A stretch of 64,000 bases of DNA from Rebecca billardiae RCC1528 (GCA_965240325.2 OZ251240.1:1116001-1180000); one strand, 5' to 3'; counted from the stretch's first letter, positions 48,373 to 60,554 are shown. Numbers and translations: made by a program. Notes: a model not told the origin generated them from the sequence alone.

Positions 48373-48633
48373 GGAAAAATAACTAGTCATCTCGGATAGT
48401 TACGACTACTGTCGTGTTGATGTCATAATCGACGATCTATTTCGTAGTAGTCTAATTCGCAGCGTCGTCGTCGTGATCGCGCGCGATGATAAAGATTATT
48501 AAAGTTCTATGATGCTGACTGAGACTGCATGAGTGCATGATTGATAGTGCTGCAGTGTTGTAGTCGATACACGGTCGTCCTACATCCGTGACTGTCGTCC
48601 CGTGATGATGATGATGCCGTAGATCGACATATA

Positions 48634-48666
<33 letters not shown>

Positions 48667-49061
48667 TGATGTTTATTCCGCCTTACCAGTTCCCCGGTCA
48701 CGCAGGGGCTTATCACAGTGTCCCTGCGGACGTCGTCAGCAGCGTCGTCCGTGCGGACGAGCGGGCGGTGCGGGAGTCGTCCCACACAGGTGCAAGAGGC
48801 AAACGGCACCAGTAAACTGATGATAGGTCGTTAGACCAATAGCGCCGGGGGAAAACGGACATACGTACCCGGCGGCTTGCGTTCGCCTGCGGACAGCGGC
48901 GAAAGCAATAGGATTAGGGGCCGAGCGCGCTCGTGCCGGTTCAGGGAGGGCAGGTACGACAGCGAGTAGTACCTGGGACTCGACCTCTCCTGGCGGTTGG
49001 ATCCAAGCGCCTGGAGAAGAAAAGAAATCGTGCACGGAGGAAATTCGGAATTAATACAACA
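48667..49061 (-). repeat. 3' LTR
   Basis: Appears identical to 51096-51490. Confidence 0.95.
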
Positions 49062-49074
49062 CCCCCCCTCGACA

Positions 49075-51060
49075 TCATGCCGAAGGCGGCGGAGGTGGTG
49101 GAACAGCATGCAGTATCGCCACGACGTGCTTGAGAAAAGTACTCGTCGCGGTAGCCTTGGTCATGATGTCGGACCGGTTGTCGTCGGTCGGCACCTTCTG
49201 GATCAGCACGGCGCCGTCGGCTTGCGCGCGCCGCGTGAAATGGTACTTCACGTCAATGTGCTTGGTGCGCTTGTGGTGCACCGGGTTGTTCGTCAAATCG
49301 ATCGTGCCCTGGTTATCCTCGTAGATCACCGTCGTGGGCTCCACGACCGGCTCGTTCAAAAACGTGACCAGGTCGCGCAGGTAGATCACCTCGCGGCAGC
49401 ACTCGCTCAGCGCGATGTACTCCGCCTCGCACGTAGACAACGCGACCACGCTCTGCAGTCCGCTGTGCCACGAGATCGGGACCCCGTTGTACATAACAAG
49501 GTATCCCGTCGTAGAACGTCGATCTTCACGATCGTTCGCCCAGTCCGAGTCCGCGTACGCCACCAAATCAGGGTGTTGTGCGTGCGTCGCGTGCCGGAAG
49601 AGGATGCCGCGCCGACGCGTGCCGAGCAAGTATCGGAGCGTGCGCTTCGCGGCGGTCAAGTCGTAGAGCCGGGGATTGGACATCCGGCGTGCCAGCATGT
49701 TCACAGCGTGTGCGATGTCGGGGCGACACGTCGTCATGCAGTACATGAGGGCACCGGTTATCTCCTGGTAGTGCTGGCGGTCAGCGCGCAGCAGGAGGGC
49801 TTGCAGCGGGCGGGGGATCTCGCGCGTCTCGCTGCACTCGGGGGTCGGTGGGTGGCGCTCTCCACTCAGGTGGAAGCGCTCGCACACATCACCGATGTAC
49901 TGGTTCAGGTGGGTAAAAAGTCCGTCCACCGTGGTCTCAAATTCGGCGCCAAGGAACTTGCTCAGGCAGTCCGCGCCCTGCATCTCGTAGTGCGTCAGCA
50001 ACGCCGTCATCAGCGCGTCCAACGCGTTCTTGTCCTTCGAGATGTTCATCATCAGCAGATCGTCGACAAAGTGACCGACGAACACGTAGCCGCCATCGAC
50101 TGCCTTCGAGTAGATGCACGGCGCGCTCGGGCACGGCTCGAACCCATGTTCGAGCAAACACTTACGCAAGTGTAGGTACCACACGCGCCCAGTCTGGCGC
50201 ATGCCAGGGAGCGAATTCACAACAGCCTGCACCGTCTGCGCGGCGGGTCTGCTCCGCCTCGCTCGGTCTCGTCGCATCGGGTCGTAGTCGCGCGGCAGCT
50301 CGGGCGCCGCGGACTCACCAGCTCGTGCGTCGTCATCGCCTTCGGCGTCATCGCCGTCGGCGCTCGGTTGCGCAGCTTCGCTCGCCGCGCCCCCGTCGTC
50401 ATGAGCAGCAGCGCCGCCGTCATCGGCCGCGCCGTCCTCAATCTCAAAATGCTCCTCGCCCTCGCCGGTGAGCTCGCCGTCAGCGGCGTCCCCCAGCTCA
50501 GTCTCGGGCTCGGCATTGTCATCGCTGGCCGCGAATGGAGTGTGCCTCCCCTCGACCAGCGACCGCTCATCAATGATGTACACGTCCTTTGAGTGTATCA
50601 CCTGCTGCTGCCCGTCATCGAGCAGCACCTCGCGCCCCGTCCAGCTGTCCTCTCGTGAGGATGGTCGGGGCGCTCGCGGCATCGGTCTCAGCGGATGCCG
50701 TGAAGGGTAGGCATCGTTGCCACTCCCATCATCATCGAGCTCGTGCTCGACGTTGTCGATCACGGGGACCATCCAGGCCCCCGCCGCGGTGTCGTCACCG
50801 CAAGTGCCACACGCGGGCACGTCAATGCTCGCACGGTTCGTACCGCGCGCGCAGCCGCCCTGCAGGCGGAGGACATTCGAGGTTGCGTAACGGATGTCCT
50901 TCTGGTAGTCACCGAACTCGTACACCACGCCGTGCGTGGGCATCTGGTTCATCAGCGCGCTTTCACTCGGCTGCTCGATGCAGAGCGCGCTGCACGCGAG
51001 CATCATTGCCCGCGCGTTCGTCGCGACACCCGCGGCGCTGCGACCGGCTGGATGGGCCAT
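49075..51060 (-). CDS. Deleted copia pol: integrase remnant, C-terminal half of RT, RNase H
   Basis: GMRQTGRVWY, FVDDLL, YADSDWA, RRSTTGY, VALSTCEAEY, YEDNQG, KHIDVKYHF, SDIMTKA. Confidence 0.9.
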   Translation of the reverse strand: MAHPAGRSAAGVATNARAMMLACSALCIEQPSESALMNQMPTHGVVYEFGDYQKDIRYATSNVLRLQGGCARGTNRASIDVPACGTCGDDTAAGAWMVPVIDNVEHELDDDGSGNDAYPSRHPLRPMPRAPRPSSREDSWTGREVLLDDGQQQVIHSKDVYIIDERSLVEGRHTPFAASDDNAEPETELGDAADGELTGEGEEHFEIEDGAADDGGAAAHDDGGAASEAAQPSADGDDAEGDDDARAGESAAPELPRDYDPMRRDRARRSRPAAQTVQAVVNSLPGMRQTGRVWYLHLRKCLLEHGFEPCPSAPCIYSKAVDGGYVFVGHFVDDLLMMNISKDKNALDALMTALLTHYEMQGADCLSKFLGAEFETTVDGLFTHLNQYIGDVCERFHLSGERHPPTPECSETREIPRPLQALLLRADRQHYQEITGALMYCMTTCRPDIAHAVNMLARRMSNPRLYDLTAAKRTLRYLLGTRRRGILFRHATHAQHPDLVAYADSDWANDREDRRSTTGYLVMYNGVPISWHSGLQSVVALSTCEAEYIALSECCREVIYLRDLVTFLNEPVVEPTTVIYEDNQGTIDLTNNPVHHKRTKHIDVKYHFTRRAQADGAVLIQKVPTDDNRSDIMTKATATSTFLKHVVAILHAVPPPPPPSA

Positions 51061-51095
51061 GCCCGGCGGTCCGTGGTTTCACACGTTTGAGCTCA

Positions 51096-51490
51096 TGATG
51101 TTTATTCCGCCTTACCAGTTCCCCGGTCACGCAGGGGCTTATCACAGTGTCCCTGCGGACGTCGTCAGCAGCGTCGTCCGTGCGGACGAGCGGGCGGTGC
51201 GGGAGTCGTCCCACACAGGTGCAAGAGGCAAACGGCACCAGTAAACTGATGATAGGTCGTTAGACCAATAGCGCCGGGGGAAAACGGACATACGTACCCG
51301 GCGGCTTGCGTTCGCCTGCGGACAGCGGCGAAAGCAATAGGATTAGGGGCCGAGCGCGCTCGTGCCGGTTCAGGGAGGGCAGGTACGACAGCGAGTAGTA
51401 CCTGGGACTCGACCTCTCCTGGCGGTTGGATCCAAGCGCCTGGAGAAGAAAAGAAATCGTGCACGGAGGAAATTCGGAATTAATACAACA
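51096..51490 (-). repeat. 5' LTR
   Basis: Appears identical to 48667-49061. Confidence 0.95.
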
Positions 51491-51705
51491 TATATATATG
51501 ATGACACATCTGATTAGATGATGGTGATGATGATATGAATATATATATGGAGGGCCGTTATATATATTTATATATTACGCCCCTGCCGCGATGGGCCGAC
51601 GACGGACGAGCCGGCCAGTGCCGTCAGGCACTAGGTAGGCAGTGTGGCTCATCGTCGACCGAGCAAACTTTCGGTGTCGGCCGGAGCCTTCTCTCGTCCG
51701 TGCGT

Positions 51706-53134
51706 TCAATGGACTTGGCGCCCGCACCCGCGAACACACCACGCCCGGTGCTTCGGCCACGCTGCCTGCATGCATTCCTCGGAGCACAGCCGCGCGACGC
51801 GACAGCTGTGTCGGACAAACAGCAGCCGCGCAGCGCGAGGGCCCGATTCGTTCGGAGTCCGGGGCAGGGGCATCCGCGGCGGTCCGGGCGCGGCGCGTGG
51901 TCAGTCGGGGCACGCGCCGCAGGCGGGAGTGGACGGAGCCCCGCCCGAAGGCCCCCGCAAGTGCGCGCCGGGCGAAGCTGCGCGCGGCGGCGACGCACCG
52001 CGAGCACTTGAACTTGACAGCGAGCGTGCCGCAGCCGATGCAACGGGCTGCGGCCGAGTCAGCGAGGGTCGGCGAGCTGGCGTGCTCGCAGACGGGCCGG
52101 GCGGCGCCCGCGCGCGGGGCGGCGGCGGGCGTGCTCACCTCGGGCGCGCGCGGCGCCTCCACGCCCGCCACCTGCGCCGCGTGCTCGGCGCACCAGCCGG
52201 CGCCCTCGTCGGCCCTGCGAGCGGGCGGCGTGCACGCCACGGCCATCGCCGCGGGGCGACGCGAAGGCACCGGCGACGGCGTCTGCGTGAGCTGCAGCGC
52301 GCGTTGGCGCTTCGGCTGCGGGGAGCCCCCGGCGGGCGCGGCGCGGCCCTTCGACGCCGGCGTGCCCGCGCCCACGCCGCCGTTCGCGGCGCAGCGCAGC
52401 CAGAACGCGCCCTGCTCGCTGTCACGGGGTACGCCGCGGCCCTCGCACAGCAGAAGGCCAAGAAGACGCTGCGCGCGCGGCAGCTGCTGCTGGCTGGCGG
52501 CGAGCACCCACATCGCGCCGTCGGCGGGGCGCTTCGGGGCGCCCACGCCGTTGAGCACGCACGTGCCGAACTCAAACTGCGCCTCGCGCTGGCCCTGCTG
52601 CGCCGCGAGGGCCCACCAGCGCGCGGCCTTCGCCTCGGCACGCGCCGCGCTGCGCAGCTTGCCGTGCGCGCGGAACGCGCGCGCCCGCACGCCGTACGCG
52701 CAGCCGAGGTAGTAGCGGGCGTCCGCGTCGCCTTGTTTCGCGCTCGCCCGATACTCGGCGCTCACACGCTCCGCCTCCTTCGCCTCTTGGTCCAGCAGCG
52801 ACTCGTCTGTGCCGCCGCGCGCGGCCGCATGCGCCGCACCGTCGTCCCCATCGTCCGCGCTGTCCTTGTGCGTGCTCTGGCTCATCGTGCGAGCGGGGCG
52901 CGACGGCGCCGACGGCTTGCACGGCGCGGCACTGCGCGCGCACGAGCCCAGGCTCTCGTCGTCGCTTCCCGCGTCGGGGCCATCGGCCTTGTTGGCTGCG
53001 CGCGTGAGCGTGCCACGCAGCTTGGCGTGAGACGCGCGACGCGCGCGCGAGCTCGCGCCACCGGCGGGCACCTCGGCCTCCTCAGGCGCGACGAGATCGT
53101 ACGCCACGCACGTCGAGCTCATCGTGCCGGCCAT
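51706..53134 (-). CDS. Sel1-like repeat protein with C-terminal MYND finger; intron 51806-51998
   Basis: Three Sel1-like repeats; splicing gives CIGC..KCSR|CRVARLCSEECMQAAWPKHRAWC, a complete MYND pattern. Confidence 0.85.
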
Positions 53135-53474
53135 GTCTCCCTCGCGCCGCCAGCGGTCGCGCGCTTCTCGCAGAGCTCGTACGCGCCCGCCTCCGCACTC
53201 GCTTGGGCGCACCCTTGCGTGCGTTCGCGCCCTCTTGCCTCCTTGGCCGCACCTTGCGCGCGCAAATGGGCAATCCCTCCGGCCGCTCCGGCTGGTGAGC
53301 AGCGGACCAGGCCACCAGGACTGACCGGACGGGGACGATGGATCTTGCTGCAGAATCTCACTCAGCAGTCAGCACATTTTACCGGACGGCATTACGGCAA
53401 GTGAAGGCCGCGAAAATGACGATTGTTCGCGATGGCGGCCGCCTGCGGGGTTGAGCGCTCGATCCCTCAGCTGC

Positions 53475-54377
53475 ATGCCCCCGCGCGGGCGCTCGAACCA
53501 CAAGAACGCGCATCTCGATGCGTACACGCGGCACAGGGTGCAGTACGATCGGCTCTGTGCGGCGCAGGGATCCGCCCATCTGCTCGACTGCCTGCGCGCC
53601 GTGGCGCCGTGGCGCGGCGCGGACGTCGTCGACGTGGGCACCGGGAGCGGCAAGCTGGCGATGCTACTCGCACCCGCTGCGCGCTCGGTGGTTGGCGTCG
53701 ACCGGCAGCACGAGATTCTTGAGCTCGCGCGCGCGCGCGCGCGCGAAGCCGACGCACGCCACGTGCGCTTCCTCGAGGGCGACTGCTGCACGCTCCCGCT
53801 GCCGTCGGCGAGCGCTGACCTGGCCGTTGCCGGCTGGGCACTCTGCTACATCAAAGCTGAGCACGAGACGATCGACGCGGCGGGCCTGGCGCACGGCCCG
53901 TGGCGCGAGCATCTTGACCTCGCGCTGCGCGAGCTGAGCCGCGTGCTCAGGCCCGGCGGCGTTGCCATGATCATCGAATCGCTTGGCACCGGCGTGTGCG
54001 CCCCCGCTCGCGAAGGCAGCAAGTACTATGCGCACCTCGCGGCGCGCGGCTTTGCGCGTCTCGGCTCGCATGTGCGCACGGACTACGTGTTCGGCTCAGA
54101 GCAGGAGGCGCGCGAGCTGCTTACCTTCTTCTACGGCGGCAAGACTGCCGCGCGGGGCGTGGCGGCTGGCCGACCTGCCGAGCTCGGCAGCCATGGCTTC
54201 GTGGTTCCCGAGTGCACCGGCGTGTGGTGGTGGCGCAAGCCTCGGTCCAACCTTGCCGCTGCGGCTCCCGCGCGAATGCAGGGGGGGCAGCAGGGTAGAG
54301 ACGCGGGCGTAGGTCTTCGCGCTTTGGATGCGCTTGTCGCTGACTGCGCCCTTGGTGCTGTGTCATCCAGCAGATGA
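53475..54377 (+). CDS. Class I SAM-dependent methyltransferase
   Basis: VVDVGTGSG, VVGVD, LPLPSASADL, RVLRPGG; intronless. Confidence 0.9.
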   Translation: MPPRGRSNHKNAHLDAYTRHRVQYDRLCAAQGSAHLLDCLRAVAPWRGADVVDVGTGSGKLAMLLAPAARSVVGVDRQHEILELARARAREADARHVRFLEGDCCTLPLPSASADLAVAGWALCYIKAEHETIDAAGLAHGPWREHLDLALRELSRVLRPGGVAMIIESLGTGVCAPAREGSKYYAHLAARGFARLGSHVRTDYVFGSEQEARELLTFFYGGKTAARGVAAGRPAELGSHGFVVPECTGVWWWRKPRSNLAAAAPARMQGGQQGRDAGVGLRALDALVADCALGAVSSSR

Positions 54378-54520
54378 CAAGAGGGGCCGTCGATGCTGTT
54401 GGTTTTTAATCATGTCGGCGCGGAGCCCGCGCCAATCTACTGCTGATCTGACTGAACAGTATGCAGCAGGGTATCTATATATACATATCGTCTGCCGGCC
54501 ATGCACATATATATAAAACC

Positions 54521-56556
54521 TCAGCAGATGGCAAGGAGCTCCTGGTAGGCTGCGCACATGTGTGGGCCACCAGCCTGTGACAGCTCATCGTGTGTCCCAT
54601 CACCCACGATGCACCCTGCTTCCATGACGACCACACGCTGGCTGGCTTGCCGGATGCTGCTCAATCGATGCGTGACGGAGATGATCGTGGCGCTTGGAAG
54701 GGCTCTTTGGAGAGCCTGGTGTGCTCTGCGCTCTGAGACTGCGTCCAAGTGCGAGGTGGCCTCATCCAGGAGGAGAATGTCTGGCTGGGAAGCGATCGCG
54801 CGTGCAAGCAGCACGCGCTGCTGCTGCCCGCCGGACAACAGGCACCCACGCTCCCCGCAGCGCGAGGCCAGCCCAAGTGGTAGCTCACGCGCGATGACGT
54901 CAACCCCAACGCCTGAGCCGCTGCACGGACAGCTGGCTCGGTGCAGGCTGCCATTGGGCGATGAAAGCGGATGTTGTCAGCGATGGAACGATCGAAGAGC
55001 TTCACGTCCTGGGTGACAACGCACATTCGGCGGCGCAGCGTTGCAGTAGGCACCGCATGCAGGGGAATGCCGTCCAGCTCGACCGCTCCGCTTGATGGCA
55101 GCACCGCCCGCATGAGCAGCGCCAAAAGCATGGACTTCCCAGAACCAGACTGGCCCACGATGGCAACGTGCTCGCCATCTCGGATAGACACAGACACATT
55201 GCGCAGCTGCTGTGTGATGGCTTGTACAGCCGCTGCGTCGCGTTCGTCCTCCGCATCGGCTTTCGACGAAGTGGGCAAGGACACAGTCGCCTGCCGAATC
55301 ACCAGGCTACCAGAGCCACGTGTGACGTCCCCGTCCGCACTGGGTACTCCAACGACCCTGCTGCTCCCACCATCAACGACAAGGTCAGGGGCGTTAGCAG
55401 CAGTGCAGAAGTCCACAGGGTCTGCAACAGCAGGGCCAGCTGGCTCGTCGAGGAGGTGAAAGTAGGTCGTAAGGGCTGTTCGCAGCTGCGGCAGTTTGCC
55501 CACTTCGTCCATCAATCGCTCTGTGGCGCTGCCCCATGAGGAGAGTAGCCCTCTCAGAGCCTCCAGCTGACCCAGGCTGATCCGCCCCGCACGGATGGCG
55601 GAAGTGCCTGCTGCGATGATTGTGATCTGCTGTAGGCCGTCGATGAGGCGGCACGTGGCGCGGAGTACCGAATCAACGTCGTCGGTATGCTCGAGCACCC
55701 GCTGCGCCTGAGTTCCCAATGCCTTTGTGCCGGCCACCTTGCCTTCCACGCAGCCCCCCAGCTGCACTGCACTTTTTTGCGCCAGGGCCTCAGTCGTCCT
55801 GGCATCGAGCTTGCCCAAAGCATCGTAGCGGACCACACCGAGGAGGCCAAGACGCCGCGCGGCAACCGCAGTGAGCGCGAGCGCAAGTGGAGTCCGCGTA
55901 AGCACGCCAAGCAGCGTCATCTGGGTATCAATTTTAGCCATCTCGCCAAGCGCGAGCATCGCCTGCAAACAGCCGGAGATGAATATGTGCGGCCCGCGTG
56001 TCGCAGAGTCGGTGAGCTGCCATGTCTCGCGGTCGCAGCGGCCGACGATTTCGCCAGGCGAGCGCCGACCGCGTCCAAAGCGCTCATCTGAGCGCAGCTG
56101 CGCGCGCACAAGCCGCTGCCTCGCCCGGAATGCCATGTTCCATCGCGCGCGAGAGAACATGGCAGAGCCAACGATGCTCGCGGCCCATATGCCAATCTGC
56201 AGCAGTCCAATCTGGACGAGAGCCGGCGCGAGCGGCTGCACCGAGCGCGCAACGGCGAGATCGATGAAGTTCCCACGTAGCTTTGCCATCAGGACCTCCA
56301 ACAGCGCCCCACACGTCGCGATGGCGGTTGCTGGCACCACAAGGCGTGGATCAGCGCTTGCGAGCTCCGCCCAGACGCGCCGCCATTCTACAGGCAGAGT
56401 GCAGGATGTGGTGTCGTCGCGAGCACGCAGCACCTCTTGCGGGACTAGAAGGTCGCGGGCTCGAGCGACAAGTTTCGCCTGATCGCCCACGTATCCAAGG
56501 CCCAACTTGCCGAAGGGCACCGCCGCGAGCGCGACCAAAGCGAGCGGCGACAGCAT
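54521..56556 (-). CDS. ABC half-transporter (TMD+NBD, ABCB-like) with a 1-nt frameshift at 54904-54907
   Basis: Walker A GQSGSGKS and Q-loop VTQD in one frame; LSGGQQQR, LLLDEATSHLD and THRL in another; adding one G to the GGGG run joins them. Confidence 0.85.
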
Positions 56557-56858
56557 GGCTCGTCGTCTTCCGTTCCTCGGACGCGTGAATGAAGCAGTTT
56601 CCCTCCCAGACGAAATCGGCCCGACTTTTGGGTGGCGGCGGCGGCGGCAGTTTGCTACAGGTCTGTAGTACGACGTGTTCAACACGCTTGTAAGGAGCAG
56701 CTCTGCACCCGCGCAAACTTCATTTATGGCGCGAAGTTTCCGCGGGTACAGCACTGGACACTCATCATATTGGATTAATACAAGTTGAGACTACGTATGT
56801 ATCATACTTAAAACGCGTGTCCGACACGCCCGACATCACAACCCCGTTGGACCCGGCC

Positions 56859-59800
56859 ATGCACGCAACGGCGCCGCACGAGCGCGACGCGCCCCTGCTG
56901 GCGGTGCTGATCCCCTTTCGGATCGAAGGTGACACCCGCGTCCATCTCAAGCAGCTCGCGACGGATCTGCTCGCCGATCCCACGGCTCGGCTGCTCATCG
57001 TGCTTGGCGTCGACGAGGACGACGCTGGTGCGACAGCCAGCTTCCGGCAGGAGATGGAGGGCTACTTCTGCAACGACGCGGAAGGCGGATCGACGCAAAG
57101 GGTTCGCGATGTCGTGTGGCACAGTCTGCCCGCCCACCCGGACACGCCCTTCGCTGCCGCCATCGCGTGGGACGAGATGGCTCACTGCGCGTGGGCGTGG
57201 CGGTCGTCGACCAGCGGCACAGCTGCCCCGTCACAGTCGCCGACGCCGCCTGCAAGCGCGCGTGAGGACGGCCCGAAGGATGAGCGCGTTGAGCTGTTTG
57301 TGATGCTCGGCGAGGACGTCCGCCTCCGCCCGTCCAGCTCAGATGCTCAGCAGACGTCTGCTGGCTGGTACGAGCTGCTGTGCGCGGCGATCAGCTCATC
57401 ACACGCTCACCTGGCCGCTGCTGCAGAGGCTTGCGGCGAGAGCCCGCCGCCACACGGCTTTGGCTGCTTCTGCTTCGAGGACGTGCGTGACACGGGCTTC
57501 CCTTCGTTTCCTGTCGTGGGCCGCCAGCACCTGGACGCCTTCTGCGGGCACATGTGGGCGCGCACTTTCTCCACGACGCGTGGCGTCGGAGAAGAAGAAG
57601 ATGCACAGCTGCTCGGTGCGACTGAGCAGCATTCGGACGTGGTGTCGCCAGCTGGCTATGGCTTCATCAACCAGGACCTCGACCCATGGCTGTTTTGCCT
57701 CTACCAGCCGTGGGGCGCAGCTGTCTTCGTCAAGGGCCTGTATCTCGAAAACATGGTGGGCGGCTGCGGCGGTGAGCCGCGCTACGCCCGCCAGCACGTG
57801 CGCTGGCAGGACGATGCCCTGAGGCTGGGCAGGCAGCGCATCTCGCACCACCTCGCAGAGCTCGCCCTCGCGGCCGGCCGGCCGGCGGTGGCGCCGGCGT
57901 GGCTGACGCTAGACGTCGTGGTGCCCACGTTCCGCTGCGACCTGCAAGCGCTCGACCAGATCGCCAGGCTCGCTGTCCCCCATCGCTGCGCCACGCAGAT
58001 CATCATCATCGTCGACAGCCCTGACCCAGCAGCGCGATCGCGCGTCATGTCGCTCGATGCCCTCCCGCACGTCCGCGTGCGATGCAACGAGCGCAACGAG
58101 GGCGCCTCGGCGTCACGCAACAGAGGCATCAATGAGTCCGCGGCGGAGTGGGTGCTGCTGCTCGACGACGATGTCGAGCCCCACGAGGAGCTGCTCTACC
58201 GCTACGTGGAGCGGCTGCGCACCATGCCTGCTGCCGAGGCGGCTTCCGTCGGTGGCCTGCTCGGCTGCACCTCCTTCCCGTCGCCATTCAACCAGTTCAC
58301 GCGTGCCGTGCAGCTGTCTGACATCACGTACGCCTTTGGCGTGGCGGCAACTGACAGCAATCCGGCATGGGGCGTCACCGCAAACATGCTCATCCGCAGG
58401 ACGGCGTTGCGTTTTGGCGACGAGTTTCCGCGCACCGGAGGCGGCGAGGTGCGCGCAGCGCACGCACCGACGCCGTGATGTGCGATCGATGCGGCGCCTC
58501 CTCGCGCGGCCACACTCGTCGTCGCATGCGCGTCGCCGCTCCGTGGGCGTCGTTTTGATCGCATGCTCATGACCACTCCGCCTTATGGCTGATGCGCGCA
58601 GGACGTTGACTTCTGCCTGCGTTCAGCCGGTGGCTTTGCGGCGACAAGTGCGGCACGCGTGCAGCATCCGTGGTGGTCGGGCGGCTCGCGATCATCAATG
58701 GGCCACTTTTTCAACTGGGCGACGGGCGATGGCGTTCTCCAGGGGCTGTACCCCGATCATCAGTTCTGGGCGCTGCTTAACGTGGCCGAAGCGGCGATGC
58801 TGGGCACGCTGTACCTCGAGTGCACGGCTGCGGTCGCAGCTGCATTGGGCGCGATGTGCATGCGAGCCGCGCTCGCACGCGCGGCTGCGGGGCTGCTTGC
58901 CACGGCTGCGGTCTTGCTCGCAGAGATGTGTTGCGACGTGATTCGCCTGTGCTGTTTGGAGAGCGCTCGGCATCCGCACATCGGTGGGCTCGGGCGCGTG
59001 CTTGCCGCGGCTGAGTCCTCAGTGGTGATCCTCGCGTTGGAGGCCGGCCGGCTTGTGGGCCACCTCAGGCGCGGCGCACTGCTGCGCCACCTCGGCTCGC
59101 GCTTCGACTGGCACTGCGGCAGACATGGTGATGACGTGTCCATCGCGTACGAGCAGCGCAGGTACGCTCTGCGGAGCGTCGCGTACGTGTGCGCGCTGTG
59201 GTGGCTTGCGCACTGTGCGGCCACCGGTGCGCACGTGGATGGGCTGGTCGTGTCCGGCTTTGATGCAGCCATCGCTGCGTGTCTCCTCGCGCGGTGCGCT
59301 TCGCACGCTGCCTGGCCGCCTGGCAGAGCGGGCGGCCAGGCCGGGCGCATGCGCGGCGCTTCCGTCGCGGAGAGCTCGCTGCCGATGCACTTTGCGTTCG
59401 TGGTGGACGAAAGCTACGCGATGGCGCTCGCAGTCGCAATCACCTCGCTCCTCGACCACCAGCCGAGCAGATACGCTGTGCAGATCACGGTGCTCGATTG
59501 CGGCCTGACCAGCACGTCGATGGCCAGGCTGCGCAAGTGCGCGCGCACCAGAGCTGCTGCGCCGGCCACGATCACGTTCGTGAGCCTCCCAGACGACGTG
59601 GTGGCGACGGCGCGCGCGCTTGGGCGCGCACACGGCTGCGCCTGGCCGGTGTGGGTGAAGCTCTTTGCGCCGCAGCTCCTCGAGCGGCTCACTCGCGTCG
59701 TGCTGCTCGACTGTGACATACTCGTCCGCGGCTCACTGCGCCCGCTCTGGACGGTGAACCTGGGCGAGCACGGCTTTGCTGCAGCGCGAGATATCGGGCT

Positions 59801-60554
59801 GCCAGTTGGGCCCGAGCCGCTGAGGGGTGCACTCCGCAACTCGCTCTCCGAGCGTGCCGAGCGTGCCACCGCCTGCTCCGGCCTCGCGAGCGCTGCGCGC
59901 CTTCGTTCCAGCCAGACTGTGTCGTATTTCAACTCTGGCGTGATGGTGCTGCGCCCGGCGTCGCTGCGTGCGGACGGAGCTTTCGAGCGCGCGCTCGCAT
60001 TTGCGGAGGAGCAGGGCAGTCGTGGCGTGAAGCTGAGCTTCTGGGACCACGACGCGCTGAACGTCGCTCTCGTGGGGCGCTGGGTGCCCCTGCCGCTCGA
60101 GTTCAACGCGCAAGGGCTGGGGTCGTACGCTCGGTTCAGGACGCGGCCCGACACTGCCGAGGGCACGCCGGCTCTCTTCTCGCAGGCCGAGCTGCGCGCT
60201 CTGGACGTCCGAGCGCGAATCGTGCATTTCACAGGGCCAGCGGTGCTGAGGCCCTCCGCGGTGCTGAACAGCAAATTCGTACGTGCGCACGCCAAGCCGT
60301 GGGCATACGACCCCGAGAGCACCAACCTGCATGCGAGTGAGTGGCGAACGGTTCTCGATCGCACCCCATGGGCAGGTGCTCGGCCGACGCAGGCGGACGC
60401 GGCGCGCGGGGCACTCGACGATTTGCGCGCATACGCCTCGCGCTGCACCGAGTCCACGGTGCCAGGCGTTGCCGGCTTCTGCCACACGGCTTTTTTCCGC
60501 GCGCTCGCAGGCGAGCTGAGACTCATGAGCGCCAGTGTGCCCAGTACTCAGTAG
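56859..60554 (+). CDS. Multidomain glycosyltransferase: GT2-like, GT2, membrane segments, GT8; intron 58449-58601
   Basis: LAVLIPF..FVMLGEDV..FINQDLDP; LDVVVPTFR, GASASRNRG, LLDDDV, GGGE|DVDFCLR; FVVDESYA, LLDCDILV, FNSGVMV, DHDALN, IVHFTG, KPW. Confidence 0.85.

Larger units (their letters stand above)
48667..51490 (-). mobile_element. Internally deleted Ty1/copia LTR retrotransposon
   Basis: 395-bp LTRs, TG..CA ends, TATAT TSD, polypurine tract GAGGGGGGG next to the 3' LTR, copia RT/RNase H motifs. Confidence 0.95.
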
